A stretch of DNA of 64,000 nucleotides from Lama guanicoe (GCA_013239625.1 MU053487.1:2935058-2999057), one strand, 5' to 3'. Shown: positions 25,111-39,201, counted from the first letter of the stretch. A program made the numbers and translations. Notes: generated by a model not told the origin, from the letters alone.

Positions 25111-25417
25111 TCTTTTTTTTTTAATTTATGTATAGTCAATTTACAATGTGTGAATTTCTGATGTACAGCATAGTGATTCAGTTATACATTTATGTATGTT
25201 CCTTTTCACATTCTTTTTATCACAGGCTATTACAAGCTATTGGATATAGTTCCCTGTGCTCTACAGTAGGACCTTGCTGTTTATCTATTTTATTTATAGT
25301 ATAGAATAGTTAGTATCTGCAAATCCCGAACTCCCAATTTATCCCTCCACCCTGCCCATCTTCCCACCTTCCCCCACTGGTAACCATAAGTTTGTTCTCT
25401 GGGTCTCTATGTGAATC
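25111..25417 (-). mobile_element. 5'-truncated LINE-1 3' end with TSD
   Basis: Poly(T) then L1 3' UTR sequence; 15-bp TSD ccatttaattgacag at 25096-25110 and 25418-25432. Confidence 0.85.
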
Positions 25418-26961
25418 CCATTTAATTGACAGATAGTCTTTAAAGAGCCACCATCAGCCAGGCACTCGGTGGGCTAGTGACCAGCTTAGATTGGGGGTTT
25501 GCGGTTGGCTAGACCTGAGTTCAGATCCTGACTCTGCCCTTCAGCTATATGGCCCAGAAAAAATCACTTGTCCTCTCTGGTCCTCCGTGTCCTGCTCTAT
25601 AAAATGGGTGCTGAACACCTCCTGGGGTGATTTGTGAGTTAGATAAGAGATTGCAAGAGAAGCACAGAGCTCAACACAGAGGAGCATTCAAGAAATGTCA
25701 GAGAGCGAGGGAAGCCAGGCCCTCGAAAGGAGACACACATGGCGCCAGGCAGTACCACTCACTGCTGTGCCCAGCCACCACTGAGGCTTGAGCAAGGGGC
25801 AGGACCACTGGCCTCCCGTAGCCGGCGAGGCTTCCTGCCAGGCAAAACATCAGCTGGCTTCCGGGCTCGAGCCAGGTTTACATAGGCCTTCCCCAAGGAG
25901 GGGCTGTGCATTCTAAGGACATGGCCCAGCTGGACAGAGACTTGCAGCCAGGCCAGCCTGTCTGCAGCCACAGGGGACGATGTCTGCCCAGAGCTGGGGT
26001 TCCTGTCCCTTCAGCAAAGAGGAGCTTGAGGGGGACAGGAGGGTGTTAGGAGGATTACTGGGCTGCAGGGGACACAAGGGATGCTTTGAATTCTACAAAA
26101 CAAACTTCGCTGTGACCAGGGGGGCAAGAACGGAGCCAAAGGGTGCCGTCAGGGTGGAGCTAATACTATTAAGCCATCAGTTCTCTGGCAGGAGGGCAAG
26201 GGAGCCCTGATTTGTGTGCCAGTTTCGGTGGTGTAAATACTCCCTCGATGGACCATCTGAGAGTGTCATCATAGTGACCCTGGAAGCGTTGCTGGGAAGA
26301 GAGGCATACAGTTGGCTCTTGGGGGCTGACCTGAGCCAGTGCAGCACTGAGACGCCATAGAAGTTGGGGAGACTTGGGCCCTAAGTGCATGCACGTGGCT
26401 GCCACTGGAGACCAGGGCTCAGCTGCCCCAGTGAGCGCCTTCAGTGCACAAGGCACTGGCGCCAGGCCCACCACCGCCTGGGTCTAGCCCTTGGGTCCAC
26501 AGTCTCTGGGGGAAACTGGCATTCATTCCAGTAGTCTCAGCAAGCTACACAGTGAGCTGAACCCTCAGAAAGAAGTGCTGTCCTGCATGGAGGGCACGCC
26601 CATGCTCTTTACCTCAAAACCGTAATAAAAGGGAGACGGTTGTCGTCTGTTCCGAATCAAGAGCACAGTGCACCCTCTGAGTTTTCCACCACACTTCTGT
26701 TCACTTCGCAATATTTAAATCAGGCTTGCTGTCATTACCACCCTTTCAAGAAGTAGGGCTTCGATTTCCAGTGCTTTTTCAGGTCCCAGGGACACATCCA
26801 TCGGTATCCATCCAGGAGAGTGGTCAACAAAGTCCGTTTTGTAGTAGCAGCTGTCTGGACGCATCTCTCCAGTTCAGTCCAACAGTCAAGCCTGGGCCGG
26901 GCCCCGTTGCACAGTGGGTCCTTCCGTTTGGGAACCCTCTCACTTTTGCTTTGCCTCCCAG

Positions 26962-27081
26962 GTGGTCTTCGAGGCGTTGCACAATCTGGAGCCCCGAGGC
27001 TACGTCGTGGGGTGGATCATCGCCATAAGCTTGCTGGTAGGAATCCTCATCTTCCTGCTGCTGGCCGTGCTGCTCTGGAAG
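26962..27081 (+). CDS. ITGA9: Integrin alpha-9 penultimate exon, transmembrane helix
   Basis: Acceptor ttttgctttgcctcccag|GTG and donor AAG|gtgagt. 120 bp, VVFEALHNLEPRGYVVGWIIAISLLVGILIFLLLAVLLWK (TM segment). Confidence 0.98.
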
Positions 27082-29107
27082 GTGAGTGGAGATCGCAGGT
27101 GCCCAGGGAGTCCCTGTCCGCGGACACCCAGCTCTCCTGCCTCCCTGGGGTTAGAGCTCCTTGGAAGAGGTTTCCCGTTGGAATAGTCCTCCGTGGTGCA
27201 GGTACAGTGGAGGGGGAGGGCAGGGTCCCCTCCAGGCAGTGAATGGAACCTTGGCTTCTCTTAATTCCATTCACACCTGATGGTTGGACCACTTTAGAGG
27301 GAACCCCAAAACCTCACCCGCTCTTCTGCCTTCCCTAACAAAGCTGCCACCGGTCCTCACCTAGGCTGATGGGAGCCTGATTCTAAATCAGAAGCTTGGG
27401 GAGTAACAGCTAGGGCTGGAGTGGCTTCCCATTTACTGGAAGTAAGAACAAGAAAAGAAATTAGAGAGCAACTCTTTGTTCTTTTCCCGTGTGGAATGTG
27501 GGAAAGATTTCTGCCCAGAAGACCCTAGTAATGGAGAGGGGCCACGAGTCCAGGGAGCTGCCTGGGTAGCTTTGTCGGAAGTTCCCCCAGCATCACGGAG
27601 GTTCGTCTGTAGATGCCCCAGCGGGTGGATTCACCCTGCCTCCTTCAGCAGGAACACCTGCTCCTCCTTGGTGTCTTGCCTCTTGCCACTTTCTCAGGGA
27701 GAAAGGGTGTCCTCATCCTCAAGTCCAGGATGGTTTCTTTGGCTTGCGCTCTGCTCTCAGACACTTGGGGTTCTTGACTTTGGGGCCGCTGTGTTCATCA
27801 GTAATGGTTTCAGAGTCATTATCTGAGGAAGGTCTGTCTCTTCCACTGGGCAGTAACGTGCCAGGTGAGTGAGGTCCTGTCTGTTCGTGTTTCCACCATG
27901 TCCCCAGCTCCTAGAGCAGCACCAAGGACTGCAGCTGGGACTTTCTGACACCAGGTCCCTGCTTTTCCAGTGTTCCAGGTTTCAGCGGCTGGTGGACACA
28001 GCCTCTTACATGATTATGGATGGGTGCTTTAAATGCAAATAATCCATTTCTTTGGGATTCAAAAAAATGTGTATTTATTGATCAAACATAGAAACATATC
28101 AGTAAGAAAAAAGTTACCAAATACTTGGGAGTCCCCATCGCAGCATCCCCATGAAGAGCCCAGTGTTGTGTCTTCTTTTTGTCTACATGATAGAGACCCG
28201 GCATTCTCCTAGTGTCTACCTATCTTTGAGTAGGATGTTTAATGGTAAGATAACTCGATATATTTTCAGATGCAGGACCTCTGAAATCAAAGCAACAGGT
28301 TCAGTTATTAACATGGGAAGAGTATTATAAATATACTTCCGAGTATTCAAGACGTCTAGAAATGCAGGAAAAGCAGTGTTTTTTTGCTGTACATTTTTTC
28401 AGATTGACAGTTGGACTGATGGCTTTCAATTTAGAGATGCTTCCCCTGAAAGAAGTGTTTAGAGGTTAAAGAAAAACTATGTTGAGCATATTACTTGAAA
28501 ATAAGTTTATCTTCGGTCTCCGTGAGTTTTGAACATCCCGTGTACTATTTTGCAGACTGTCTTTCCCTGAACACAAAATCATGAGCATCTTTCCGCGTTG
28601 TTAAAAACCCACGTCCAGCCCTGCCTTAAGGCTGCACGGGTCTGCAGATTACTTATCCAGTCCTCAGACATTGGGGTATAGATGGCTCCTGGTTTCACAC
28701 TTCTTTTAACAGTGCCCCAGTGAGTGTGCTCGGAGCCAGATATTTGCACAAATCCTCCATTATGTTTTTAAGACGAAACCTTAGAAATAGAATTACCGAG
28801 TCAAAAGAAATGCATCTTGCTTTTTATTACATATTTCCAGTTGCTCTCTAGAAAGGTTACACCGATTCACCCTCCCACGAGCAGGTATCAGAAGTGCCCA
28901 TTTTCCTGTGTATTTGCCAGGAGCGGATATTACCTTTAAAAAAAAAAAACCTTCCCATTTGTTGTTTGTTTAATCTGCATGGCCAGATAGATTCTTAATT
29001 CTCCCTTTTCTCTAAATCCACCTCCTTCCTGCTGAGGCCTCTGGTCTGTGGGTAGAGAACAAAGCCAGCTCAGTGTTTGGGATCTGAAAAGACAGTAAGG
29101 GCTTTGG

Positions 29108-29109
<2 letters not shown>

Positions 29110-29146
<37 letters not shown>

Positions 29147-29154
29147 TGAGTGTG
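29110..29154. repeat. (GT)n microsatellite
   Basis: About 17 perfect GT units followed by a degenerate gagt tail. Confidence 0.95.
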
Positions 29155-29749
29155 ACTTCCTTCTGCCTTTGTACGACCTTTTGAGATGAGAGGAAATGCA
29201 GTCCTCCGTGGCTGAGTGCATGGGACCACACAGGGACACAGAGTGGGGACCCCTACCCCATCTCATGGATTGTGTCCCCTCCCTCTCACTCCCTCACTTG
29301 GCTCTGCTACTCAGGAGTGTGCCCTGTCCAGTCCTGAGCACACGCTTCTACCTCCTTCTACCTGCCATGTGCTTTGCTTTGGTTCTTTTGTGTTTGTTTA
29401 AAGAACATGGTTGCGAGGGGGGTGGTTATGAGGTAAGTAGCCAGCACCCTGAGGTCACCCAGCTGTGTGTGATCCAAAGAGCCAGACTTCACCCTCTACC
29501 ATGGACTGGCCATGAGCGCAGAGTGGTGGCAGTCCAGGGGCCTTAACCAGACTAGGTCACCATAACTGGTGTGGAAGGAAGGGTCTAGAACAGTTCTGAG
29601 GAAGCTGGCGAGTGACTCTGTGTGGGTCAGTATTTGATTTCAAGAGCAGTATTTTATTTCAACTTAATTTATTGAACACTTGCTTAGAACCAAACACAGG
29701 GCTAGATGCCTGGATGCCGCAGTGATTGTGACTCTGCCTTGAACAGGGC

Positions 29750-29950
29750 ACAGTGGTAGATGAGGGCATGGGCTTTGCAGGCTGACAGCTGTGAACTGAA
29801 ACTGGGACCCTGGCTCTCACACTTGCCAGCTGTGTGGCCTTGGGAGAGTTGCTTACCCTCTCTGACCCTCAGTTCCCTCCTCTGTAAAACGGAGATCCTG
29901 ACATCTAACTTGAGGTGTAGAGGTAACGTAGGCAAAGTGCTTAGCGTAGA
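29750..29950. mobile_element. MIR SINE
   Basis: gcatgggctttgcag...cacttgccagctgtgtggccttggga...ctctgaccctcagttccctcctctgtaaaacggagat. Confidence 0.75.
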
Positions 29951-31164
29951 AGCCCCCAGTAATAGCCAGAGGACATTTCACAAATGAGGTGTCATGCAGT
30001 TCTGACCTTGGCTTTGGTTTGAGTTTTCTAGGCGGGGCAGGGCAGATGGTTATTCCATGCATAGGGGAGAGAAGGTGAGAAAATGAGCAGGGTTTATGGG
30101 GAGGAGCATGTGTCACGGGAGGGCAGTCAGGGGCCTGTGATGAGATTATCTGCTGGGTTGTGACCACCCCGCTGACCAGGAGAAGGGGGCGCCTGGGTCT
30201 GAAAGCAGAGCAGTGGCCTGACCAGATCTGCTTCGGGAGAGGGATCTGGGAACAGGGTCGGGGTGAAGGGAGTCACCATGGGGGGATGTGGGCAGGTTAG
30301 AACAGGCAAGATCCGATGACCGGTTGGACTTGAGGGGCCAGAAAGAAAAAAGTGGCAATCTCTCATGCTTTTAGCTTAGACAGTGGATGGTTTCCCTTCA
30401 GCAGGGTAAGGAGGGCAGTGTTGAAGTCGTTTCGGAAGAAGAGGAGGCTGTTGGGCTTCCTGAGTGTGTACTGCCTACAGGAGACGAGCGGGGCTTGACT
30501 TGCTCCCAGCCACCCTCACCTGTTCCCTCACTGGCCTGGGAAGCTCCCCCTTCGGTGTCCAGGGCTGAACAGACTTTCCTCGGGTATCACAGAGGCATTT
30601 TTTCCAATTTCAAAAAAACAGAAATTCATTGACAGCCACTTCAAAGTGAGAGAGAATGTGAACATGAGAGAGGAATCTAAGGCTGCAAGTGTACTCAGAT
30701 CCCCAAAAAAATACGGCTGTGCACCCAGACCCGGAAAGACTCCAGAGACCCAGGCCGCCATCCTCCCTCCTGGCCTCGCTCCCGCAGCCCCTCCCTCTGC
30801 TCCTCTGCACACACACGTCATCCTCCCCTGACGACAGACCGCTTTCTCCACACTTCCCTACGCACAGGAGGAAGGGGTTGTCCCCAGCCCCTCCAAACTT
30901 ATATCGCAGTGACCTCTAGCCGCAGACACAGACTGATCTGCCACCTCTGAATCCCAATTCTACTAGCCTGGGAGAGAGACTCTGTTTGGCTCAGCTCAAG
31001 TCAAACGTCCACGACAGTGGCAAGAGGCCGGGAGGTGGCAGGGAGGTCTCAGAAAAGGAGACTAGGCAGGAACCCCAAAGGCATTCACTGCGGCAGAGTT
31101 TCATGGTTGTCGGTGGTGCTGTTGGCTCCGTTATAGGCTTTTGTATCGTACTCGGTAGCTTTCT

Positions 31165-31650
31165 CTGCCCAACAAATGGCCTCCAAGTTGAGTTACCTTA
31201 CATCTTACGAATGTGTGGGTCAGGAATTCAGCAAGGGTCTGGCTGGGTGATTCTGCTCCACGTGACACCGAGTGGTGTCACACGGTGACATTTACCCAGT
31301 GACCGGACTGATCCGCCTCACTTCACAAGACAACTTTATTCACATGCCTGGCCCCTTGGATGGAGGTGGCTGGGAGGCTGGACCCTCAGTGTGGCCTCTT
31401 GCTCTCCTTGTAGACCCGGGTCCTCTCCATGTGGCCCTTCTAGCAGAGCGTGCTGATGTTCACACTGTGGCTTTGGCTCTGGGAGAGCATGGTGAGGGCT
31501 GCCAGTTCTCCGAAAGGCTGGCCCGGGGCTGGCGTGGCATCGTCCCCTGTCCTCTGTGGGTCAGAGCTGTCACGTGCCAGTCCAGATTCAAGAGACAGGA
31601 AATAGACCCTGCCTCCCAGTGGGAGGAGCAGTAAAGAGTTTAGTCATCTC
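31165..31650. mobile_element. MaLR LTR (MLT1-like) relic
   Basis: tgtgggtcaggaattcagcaagggtctggctgggtgattctgctcca...ggtcctctccatgtggcc...ccagattcaagag. Confidence 0.6.
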
Positions 31651-34600
31651 TTACCTGCCCCAAACATGATGTTCAGAAATGTGGGCAAAATTTGTCTTTT
31701 CTGTAAAAGTCACTATGACAAGGGACGATTCGCCTAATGGGAAGTTTTGTTGTTGTTTTAAAGTAGGTGAAACCTCATCTCTCTTCCATCGTGTCATAGA
31801 TAAAATTATAACTGAGCTCCTTGGAGGGGAAAAAAAAGTGAACCTTGGCACATTCACCAGAGTGGGCAGTTCTGCTCAGGCAGAGCGACAATGTGGCAGT
31901 GAGCTTGGCAGAGGAAGTTTCTTTTGGAAAAACATTTTTTTTTCCTTAAGGGACTAACTAAATATAATGACTTTATAGGACATTGAAAAGGGCAGATGAA
32001 ATGTAGGATTATTTTGAAGATCTCCATATCCCTAAGACTTCAGCTGCAGACCCCTTGTCAACTCGGACTCCTATGTCTATAACCTAAGAGAGACACATTA
32101 TGTGTAGAGGTCTCATATCCCCTGGACAGTCCAGAGCACTGAGATCTGTTGATTAATGGGCTTAATACTTGAGTTAGGTGGGAGGTCTAGTTGGTTCTAG
32201 GTTATTACCGCATTTCACGTATCCTTCCCTCCGGTCCTTTCAAGGGGAAAGGCCACTGCGTGGTACCCAGTGCCACTGCTGACCAGGAAACACTTCTCTG
32301 GGGCCTTCGACAGGCAGTGTTCAAGTCCTCTTCTCTATCTAGGGCCACATCTCTTGAAGTCCCCTTTGGTGTAGCTCCTCTCACTGCTACCTATGGTTAC
32401 TTAACATCACCTTGAGCTCATGAGCCCAAAATGGTTGTTCCCAAAAGTGCATTCCGTAAACACAAATCATGACACAGCATTGGAAACTGAACAGGGCAGC
32501 TGACCCAGGGGGGATGGATTTTTTTTTGTGCCACCTGGGTGTGGGGTCAGCATGCTCTACACTTGCAAGCTGGCCGGGCCTTCCCTCAGCCGACATTATT
32601 GGCTTCCTGCTAGGGGGCTGGGTTAGGGGGACAGAGGGGAGCAAGAGCCCTCACTCGGTCTTGAAGACTCTGGGGAAAGCAGTGAAGTGACGGGAGATGG
32701 TGGCTGAGCCCAGCACACCCTGAGGGGTGAGCAGGGCTTGACTGGGGAAAGAGCTTGTGTCACCAGCTCCTGGCCCCTCTTTCATGTCACCATGTCACCG
32801 TGGTGCTACCAACACCCCACCCTCCCCTGCTCATCTCACCTAGACACCCCTCATAGCGTCGGTTGGCACATGCCCTCTCCAGAGTGGGACTGCAGGCTCC
32901 CTGCTTCTGGGCAGATCCTGGGGCCTTGCAGAAGGTCTGCCTGCTGGCATGTCAGGCACTCTCTCGTGCTGGGCGGCAGCAGGCCTTGGCTCTGGCACAA
33001 AATCCACAACGAGGGCCCCGAGCTCACCAGACCCTCCCTCAAATACTGAAATGGATCCTAATCAGCTCCCCTGGAGCCGGGACGTTAGCTGATCCTGGGA
33101 GCCACGATTTAAACTCCCTGTGTGAGGATCACGGGAGCCTGCCAAACCACGGCGCAGGAAGAAGACTTTGAAATGTGAAACTCTCTGAAGGGAGAAAAAC
33201 CCAAATGAGTCCCCTCTCCTTGCCTTTCGCTCCTGCCTGGGTTGGAAACTGCTGGGCCTGGGGCCCCTTCAAGACGATCCTGCAGGCCTGTGGATAGGAG
33301 AGAGTTTAATGGCTCAGAGGTCGCTTGCCACTTACACCTTTAACAGGTGCCTTCAGCTCCTCAAGGAAGCCTTTGAGTCTCGCAGTAAGAGAGTGGAGGT
33401 GCTGGGAGGTTTCTCCTTCAGGAGGAAAAGGCTTATGTAGGGCCCCAGGCTTCTCTCTCCTGCTCTCTACCCCCATCCGCATTCCCTCGTGCAGTTTGCC
33501 AAAACACACAGGCCACCACTCAGTGAAGGAGAACTCTGCTTCTCCTCTACTGCTTTCAGCCCAGGAACCTTTCCCCTCTCTCCTGGGTGCCTCCTTGACA
33601 AGCTCAGACGGCTCAGAGCAAAGAGCAGTGTCCTTGCTTGGCCAGCCCTGTGAGCAGCCTCTTCCCCAAAGGCCGAGGACCCACTAGCCCTCCCCTCTCA
33701 CAGGCTGGTAAAGAGGGGGGCCGTGGAGTGGATTTGCCACCCTCAGAAGGACCGTCTCGGACAGCCTGGGAGCCCGCTGCTCCCAGACCTGGCTGTGGGC
33801 TCATGGTTTTTATCAGAGAGCCTTACCTCTGACCTCAAACAAAAACACTTAGCAAAATAAATTTGGGAGATGGCTCAGAGAATGTGTAGGTTTGGCCGAT
33901 CCTCCCTGGGGTCATCACCTTCCCTCCAACTGGACTGTCAGAGCCCATCCTTGCTTCTCCAGCAAAGAAAAAGAAAATGCACACACAATCACACACATGC
34001 ACGCTCTTCGCGCTGTCTCAATTAAAACCATGTGCCAGAGACACTCTGTGGGGATTATTTATGTTTGGGAGTAAATATTGGGCTGACGTTGCGGTGTCGA
34101 CATCTCAAGACAGAGACGTGCTATGTAAATAGTCAAGGAACTTGGAGGGACCTGTAAACAGGAGGTTCTAACTTAGTCCAAAGAAGGAGCGTGTCCAAGG
34201 CCCTTGGGATAGCTGCCCAGGAGGCCACCCCAAGGCCAGGAGGGGGTGGAGTTGTGCCGCTGCCCCTCACTCACCCCTGGGCGGCTGGGCAGGGGAGGCG
34301 GGTGCTGCAGGCCACGGACCCCAGAACCCAGTCAGTCCCCATTCCTGCCTGGGCCCCGGGCCTCTCACAGCAGCTCCCTCACTCGGGCTACTCAGGGCAA
34401 ACCTGCTGTTTCCTTGGGAATTTTCTGGCAGCTTTTTGGACACAAGTTTACATCAGAAAGCTGTGAGCCTGTGAGGAGGGACCCACTCCGCTCCGGGAGC
34501 TGCCCTGCGGGGCTGCAGGCCCCTCTCAGGACCAGCACACGCAGAAAGCCAGAAAGCCCCCTGCTCCCTCAGCTCCAGTTTGGCTTGAGTCTCTCTTCCT

Positions 34601-35659
34601 GTAGGGTTTCCATGAGTGTTTCCTCTGCTCTTGACAGAACAGTTCCTTTTGCCCTTTGAGCGGCAAAGCAAGCCCTAGAAGGTTCCCGAAAAAGTACAGG
34701 AAAACGTGGACTCCATGGACTGGCCTGGAACCGAGGGGGGAGCTGCTGAGGGTCCAGCTTAACTCATCCCTGATCACTGCCCGGCTCCTTCGGTGTGGGC
34801 TCAGCTGGCTGAGAAGATGTAGGTTTGCCCAGCCTCTCCGGGTTTCGCCAGAGTGACCACGAGCGCCAGTGAGCGTGAGTGCAGGCCGGGGGGAGGCCCT
34901 GCTGCAGGAGAGGAGTGTCTTTGAAGTCTTGATTTCTCTTAGTGTTTCACAGTTAAGAATTCTTTATACTTTATCATATATCCGTATTTTAATATAAAAA
35001 TCGGAAATTTAATTTTCCAAAAAGTCTTTGAGAAAAATGGACAGCGGGCAAGGACTCTGTGCCCCAGGCCTCCTTCGTGTGAGGGCTAGGTACACAGCCA
35101 TACGCCCCACGGGCTGCAGCCCCAAGTTTGCCTTGGGGACCAATATAAAAAGCTTTCACTGTGTTTCAGGGCAGGAAGAGGTCTGAGAATGCCACGGGTC
35201 TGTTGGGCAGAGACAAAGACTGGGGGTTCAGAGCCAGGACAGGACTTGCCCTGTTGCCCTGGGGGAAGTTAGTTGGAGCGCGAGCAGTCCTCCAGGCTTC
35301 CTATGCAGTACCTCCCCCGTACAGCCCGTCTGAGCAGGGCCTGTGGCACTGGGCAGGCCTGGCGTGACACAGTTGTCTGGGGACCTTTGCCTGGTGCACC
35401 CAGAGTCTGGGCTTTGGGTTCTATGTCAGAAGCCAAAACCAGGCTCTAAACAACAGCGCAAAGGTGATATTCTCTTCTTCTGCAGTGCAATTAGTTTGAT
35501 CATGTAGGAAACAGTATTAGGTTGACAGAGCCACCTCTAGACTATATGACACCTTTGTGGGAACTAATTAATGAACAGCGCCCCTTCCTCCAGGAGCTTT
35601 ACTTCCATCCGTCGGAAAAGTCAGAAAATCTGGCTGATTATGTCAGAAAGAGATACTCG

Positions 35660-35677
35660 ACTGCCACCTGCTGGAAA
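35660..35677 (-). promoter_or_regulatory. CTCF consensus motif in the last ITGA9 intron
   Basis: Minus strand reads TTTCCAGCAGGTGGCAGT. Confidence 0.55.
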
Positions 35678-36257
35678 ACAGTTGTAATAAATTTACAGGC
35701 CTATTATATCTGTGATGAGTGGCACCCACCCCCTCTTACGCAGTGCACAGCTTGCACTACTGTACCCAGCACTCCCAAGCCGTGAGAGTGGACTGTGTTT
35801 TAAAAAATGGTCTTTGGGCTCCAAAGAAGGAGGGCAAACATTAGTGGCAGCTTCAGCCTTCCATCAAAGAGACTACACACAGGTTGTGTTGGGGACCAGG
35901 CTCTCGAGACCCCACAGTGTTGGAGTGGGGAGTAGAGTTTGCAAGGCTCTTTCTAAAAGAAGCTCTACAGTTACTGCCAGCAGGGGATGTTTTCAAGACT
36001 AATGCTGACCCCACTCCACTTGAGAGAAAAGAGTTTGCATCTGGATGCCTGCAGGAGAGGACATGCCTTCACTTTGTGGGTAACAAGTAAAACACACATA
36101 ACACTTGAGCTCCGGAGAGCGACCTGTAAGGGTAGTCCAGGTGCTATAAATCCTTGCTAGACTGCACACTCTCTTCTCGCGTCCTCCTGCTAGCACAGCT
36201 ATGAGAAAGCTGAGCCAATTTTTTGTCCTCCTTAGAGATGAATAAGAAAAGTCTGTT

Positions 36258-36387
36258 CGGGGGGAAGAATATAGCTCGATGGGAGAGTTGCATGCTTAGC
36301 ATGCACTAGGTCATGGGTTTGCTCTCCAGTACCTCCGTTAAATTAAAAAATAGTATTAAGTAAATAAACCTAATTACTTCCTGTCCA
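36258..36387 (+). mobile_element. Camelid tRNA-derived SINE (Vic-1 type)
   Basis: tatagctcgatgggagagttgcatgcttagcatgcac head, taaataaacctaattac tail; perfect 11-bp TSD aaaagtctgtt at 36247-36257 and 36388-36398. Confidence 0.9.
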
Positions 36388-38718
36388 AAAAGTCTGTTTT
36401 CAGCAGGACCAGGCATAGGGATGCTCTTTCCCTGTCCCTGATGGGACTTGCTGCAAAGCCTCATGGTACAGGGCATGGACACAGGAGTATTTTTGCCATT
36501 TATCACTGGTGCTAAGTAGAGGTGAGATACTGAGCTCTGGAGATAAAAAGCACAAATCCTTAGGAATCCTGAGACAAATGTGAAGAATGATGAGGGAGCA
36601 GACACTTAAAATTCTGCCTGATTAGTGCCACATAGAGATACATTACTTCTCTGTACTTCAAGTGTGTAACCCAAAATTACGGAAACACTACACTCTCAGC
36701 AGGCAGAGTCCTGTGCTAAAGAATCTGTCCGCCACAACTTCACCTTTAAAGAAGGATATTTCAAGCAGTAACTTCTGAGTTAGATGTTTCTATTAAGTCT
36801 TGGGTTGCTTTCCTGGCCTTCTGTGGGTGTGCTTTGAGGACAGCAGCAACGACCTTTTCCTAATTATCCAGAGCATTCAGGCCAAGTCCCCTTTCCACAT
36901 CCTTTGCAGAAGGGAGAAGGTGGCAGAGATTTAAGGAGAGAAAAGTGTATGTGTGGAGGTGTCAGAAAGTTGGGTTCTGACAGATGGGGTCTTAGATGGA
37001 GAAGAAACCTCCAGGAATGCTAGAAACTCAATGTCTGGGTACAAAACTGGCCTTGAGGATCAGCGCTAAGGACACAAGACTCTTGCCAGCTGTTGTAAGA
37101 AAGCTTCTCTCCCTCAACTGCCCCCACTGTCAGACTATACCACTTTCCCAACTCCTCTCAAAGGGAACTCTCAGGACTTCCTTGGCAATGTGGGTGGAGG
37201 TGACGAGCACTATCTTGGCAGCTCTCCTGACAGTCCACATCTTTGGCTGGGCCAGAAAACCTCCCGCGGCGGGTAGGAAGATGGTGCAGCAAGATTGTGG
37301 ATACTGACCTCATGGTAACAGAGTGTGAGGACAAATGCAAAGACAAAGGAGTCTGACTTGCCCACAAGCCTGGGTTTGCTTGACGATTTGTTCAGGGCAG
37401 GTTTTATGTGTGCATCCCCCGTTGGCAGCAGGCTGCAGAGGTTGCTAGTCTCAAGGGTCTTCAACATGACTATGGGAATTACAGACTAATGACAGTGTGA
37501 CACCACAAACCCGCAGCACAGCACACCTCCCAGCAGCGGGCCAAGTGTGCAGGTCTGTCTCAATTCCCCTATCCCAGGGGATCAAAATGAGGATTTGATG
37601 GCAAGCCATTTATTCTGGAAGTGATCTGAGGAAACACTGATAGGGAGCCAGGGAAGCCAGACAGGGCAGGGAAGGAAGCTAATAAAAGGTGTGTTACCAG
37701 TCTGGTTACGACTGCACTCACGTTCCACAGGAAGCACACACCTCAGGGGTTCACACCTGAGGAGAGAGGGAGCTGGGGTATTTGTACACCTACTCCAGTC
37801 AGTCATGTTTTAGGGCAACAGAGGCCACTAATGCTGGTTAGCACAAGACAAGAGATGCCAGGGCTCCCTGAGCATGGGAGAAAAGGGCAGCTTTGGACTA
37901 CAAAAAGTTGCTTTTATATGGCAGAAACGCCAGCACTGACTGTGTGAGAAGAACTGGGAACTCATGTTACCGTGTGGGAAAAGCCTTAGATATCAGAAGG
38001 AGAGGTCTCTTCAGAACTAAGCTAAAGGAAACTGGCATCATGGATCAGGAGGCGATGCCAGTCCTAGGGGGGTGCACACTGCCAGCTGTATGCACGGCAG
38101 CCTGAGGGTCACAGGTCTGAGAGGAAGATCGAGAGGAGAGCAAGGGAGGCTGGAGAGCAAGGGAGGCTGCAGACCTGCAGACACTTGTAAACGCCTGTTG
38201 TGTGAGAGCAGCACGTCTCAGATTATCCCACAACGGCTTCTAACTCTGAGAATATTAGTAGATGTATCAAAAGCCAAATAAGCTCGGGAAACGTCCTGTT
38301 GCTGATTTTCTTAATCCTTCGCTGAGGGTTGATTTGGGCCTTTACTGTTCTGCTGTACATTACAAATCTCTTCTGGAACAAGTGTATCATTTCCAAACTT
38401 CTTCGGCCATGAAACCTCTTTTACTCCCAAATGCCTACAAACAGCTCAGTAACTAGTGTTCCCCAGCACACGGTTTGGGAAACACCCACCAGAAGCACGT
38501 TACGAGGAAGAAACGACTTACCGTGAGCTAGCCGGCTGGAGGGGCCATGCCTTTTGAAAAGTGGCTCCACGTCATGCTTTTGCTCAATCAGTCTAATCTG
38601 AGGAGCCCTCCGAGCCTTCCCAGCACTGTGAGTGTAGATCACACCAGGCTGCTTTGGAGTCCAGACCATCCATTGCTCGGCACCTCTAACCCGGCCTCTC
38701 CTCTTTCTGCCTTTTCAG

Positions 38719-38817
38719 ATGGGCTTCTTTCGCAGAAGGTACAAAGAAATTATCGAAGCCGAGAAGAACCGGAAAGAGAATGAAGACAGTTGGGACTGGG
38801 TCCAGAAAAACCAGTGA
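38719..38817 (+). CDS. ITGA9: Integrin alpha-9 last coding exon, cytoplasmic tail and stop
   Basis: Acceptor ctttctgccttttcag|ATG. MGFFRRRYKEIIEAEKNRKENEDSWDWVQKNQ then TGA at 38815-38817. GFFRR is the alpha-9 version of the integrin GFFKR motif. Confidence 0.98.
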   Translation: MGFFRRRYKEIIEAEKNRKENEDSWDWVQKNQ

Positions 38818-39195
38818 CCTGCCATCCCAGTCACGTGGCCCAATCGTCCGCCTGTCGTCCTGATCTTTGTATCTTCCATATTTGGAAGAAAGAATCTTCT
38901 CCAGATTTTTCGGAGGCCCCACTGACGCTGTTCTCGCCCTCACTCTCTCAAGCCCAGGTGCCAACCTGAGGCAGCCACCTCGGCCAGGTCACCTGACTGG
39001 AAACCACCACCACTACTGCCTTTGAAAGCTGAACTCTGAACTTGGGGAAGCAGGCTGCGGAGCCCGGCAGTATTTATGGATGCAACGTGCGTGGTCAACC
39101 CTCAGGGGAAAACTGTTACCTAAAAGTATTTTTATAAATATAAGCCTTTTATACTGATTATGTCTTTATATTTGTATCAATGTTTTATTATTTCT

Positions 39196-39201
39196 ATTAA
39201 A
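39196..39201 (+). terminator. Candidate proximal polyadenylation signal (ATTAAA)
   Basis: ATTAAA in a U-rich context with an upstream TGTA, about 380 nt after the ITGA9 stop. Confidence 0.55.
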
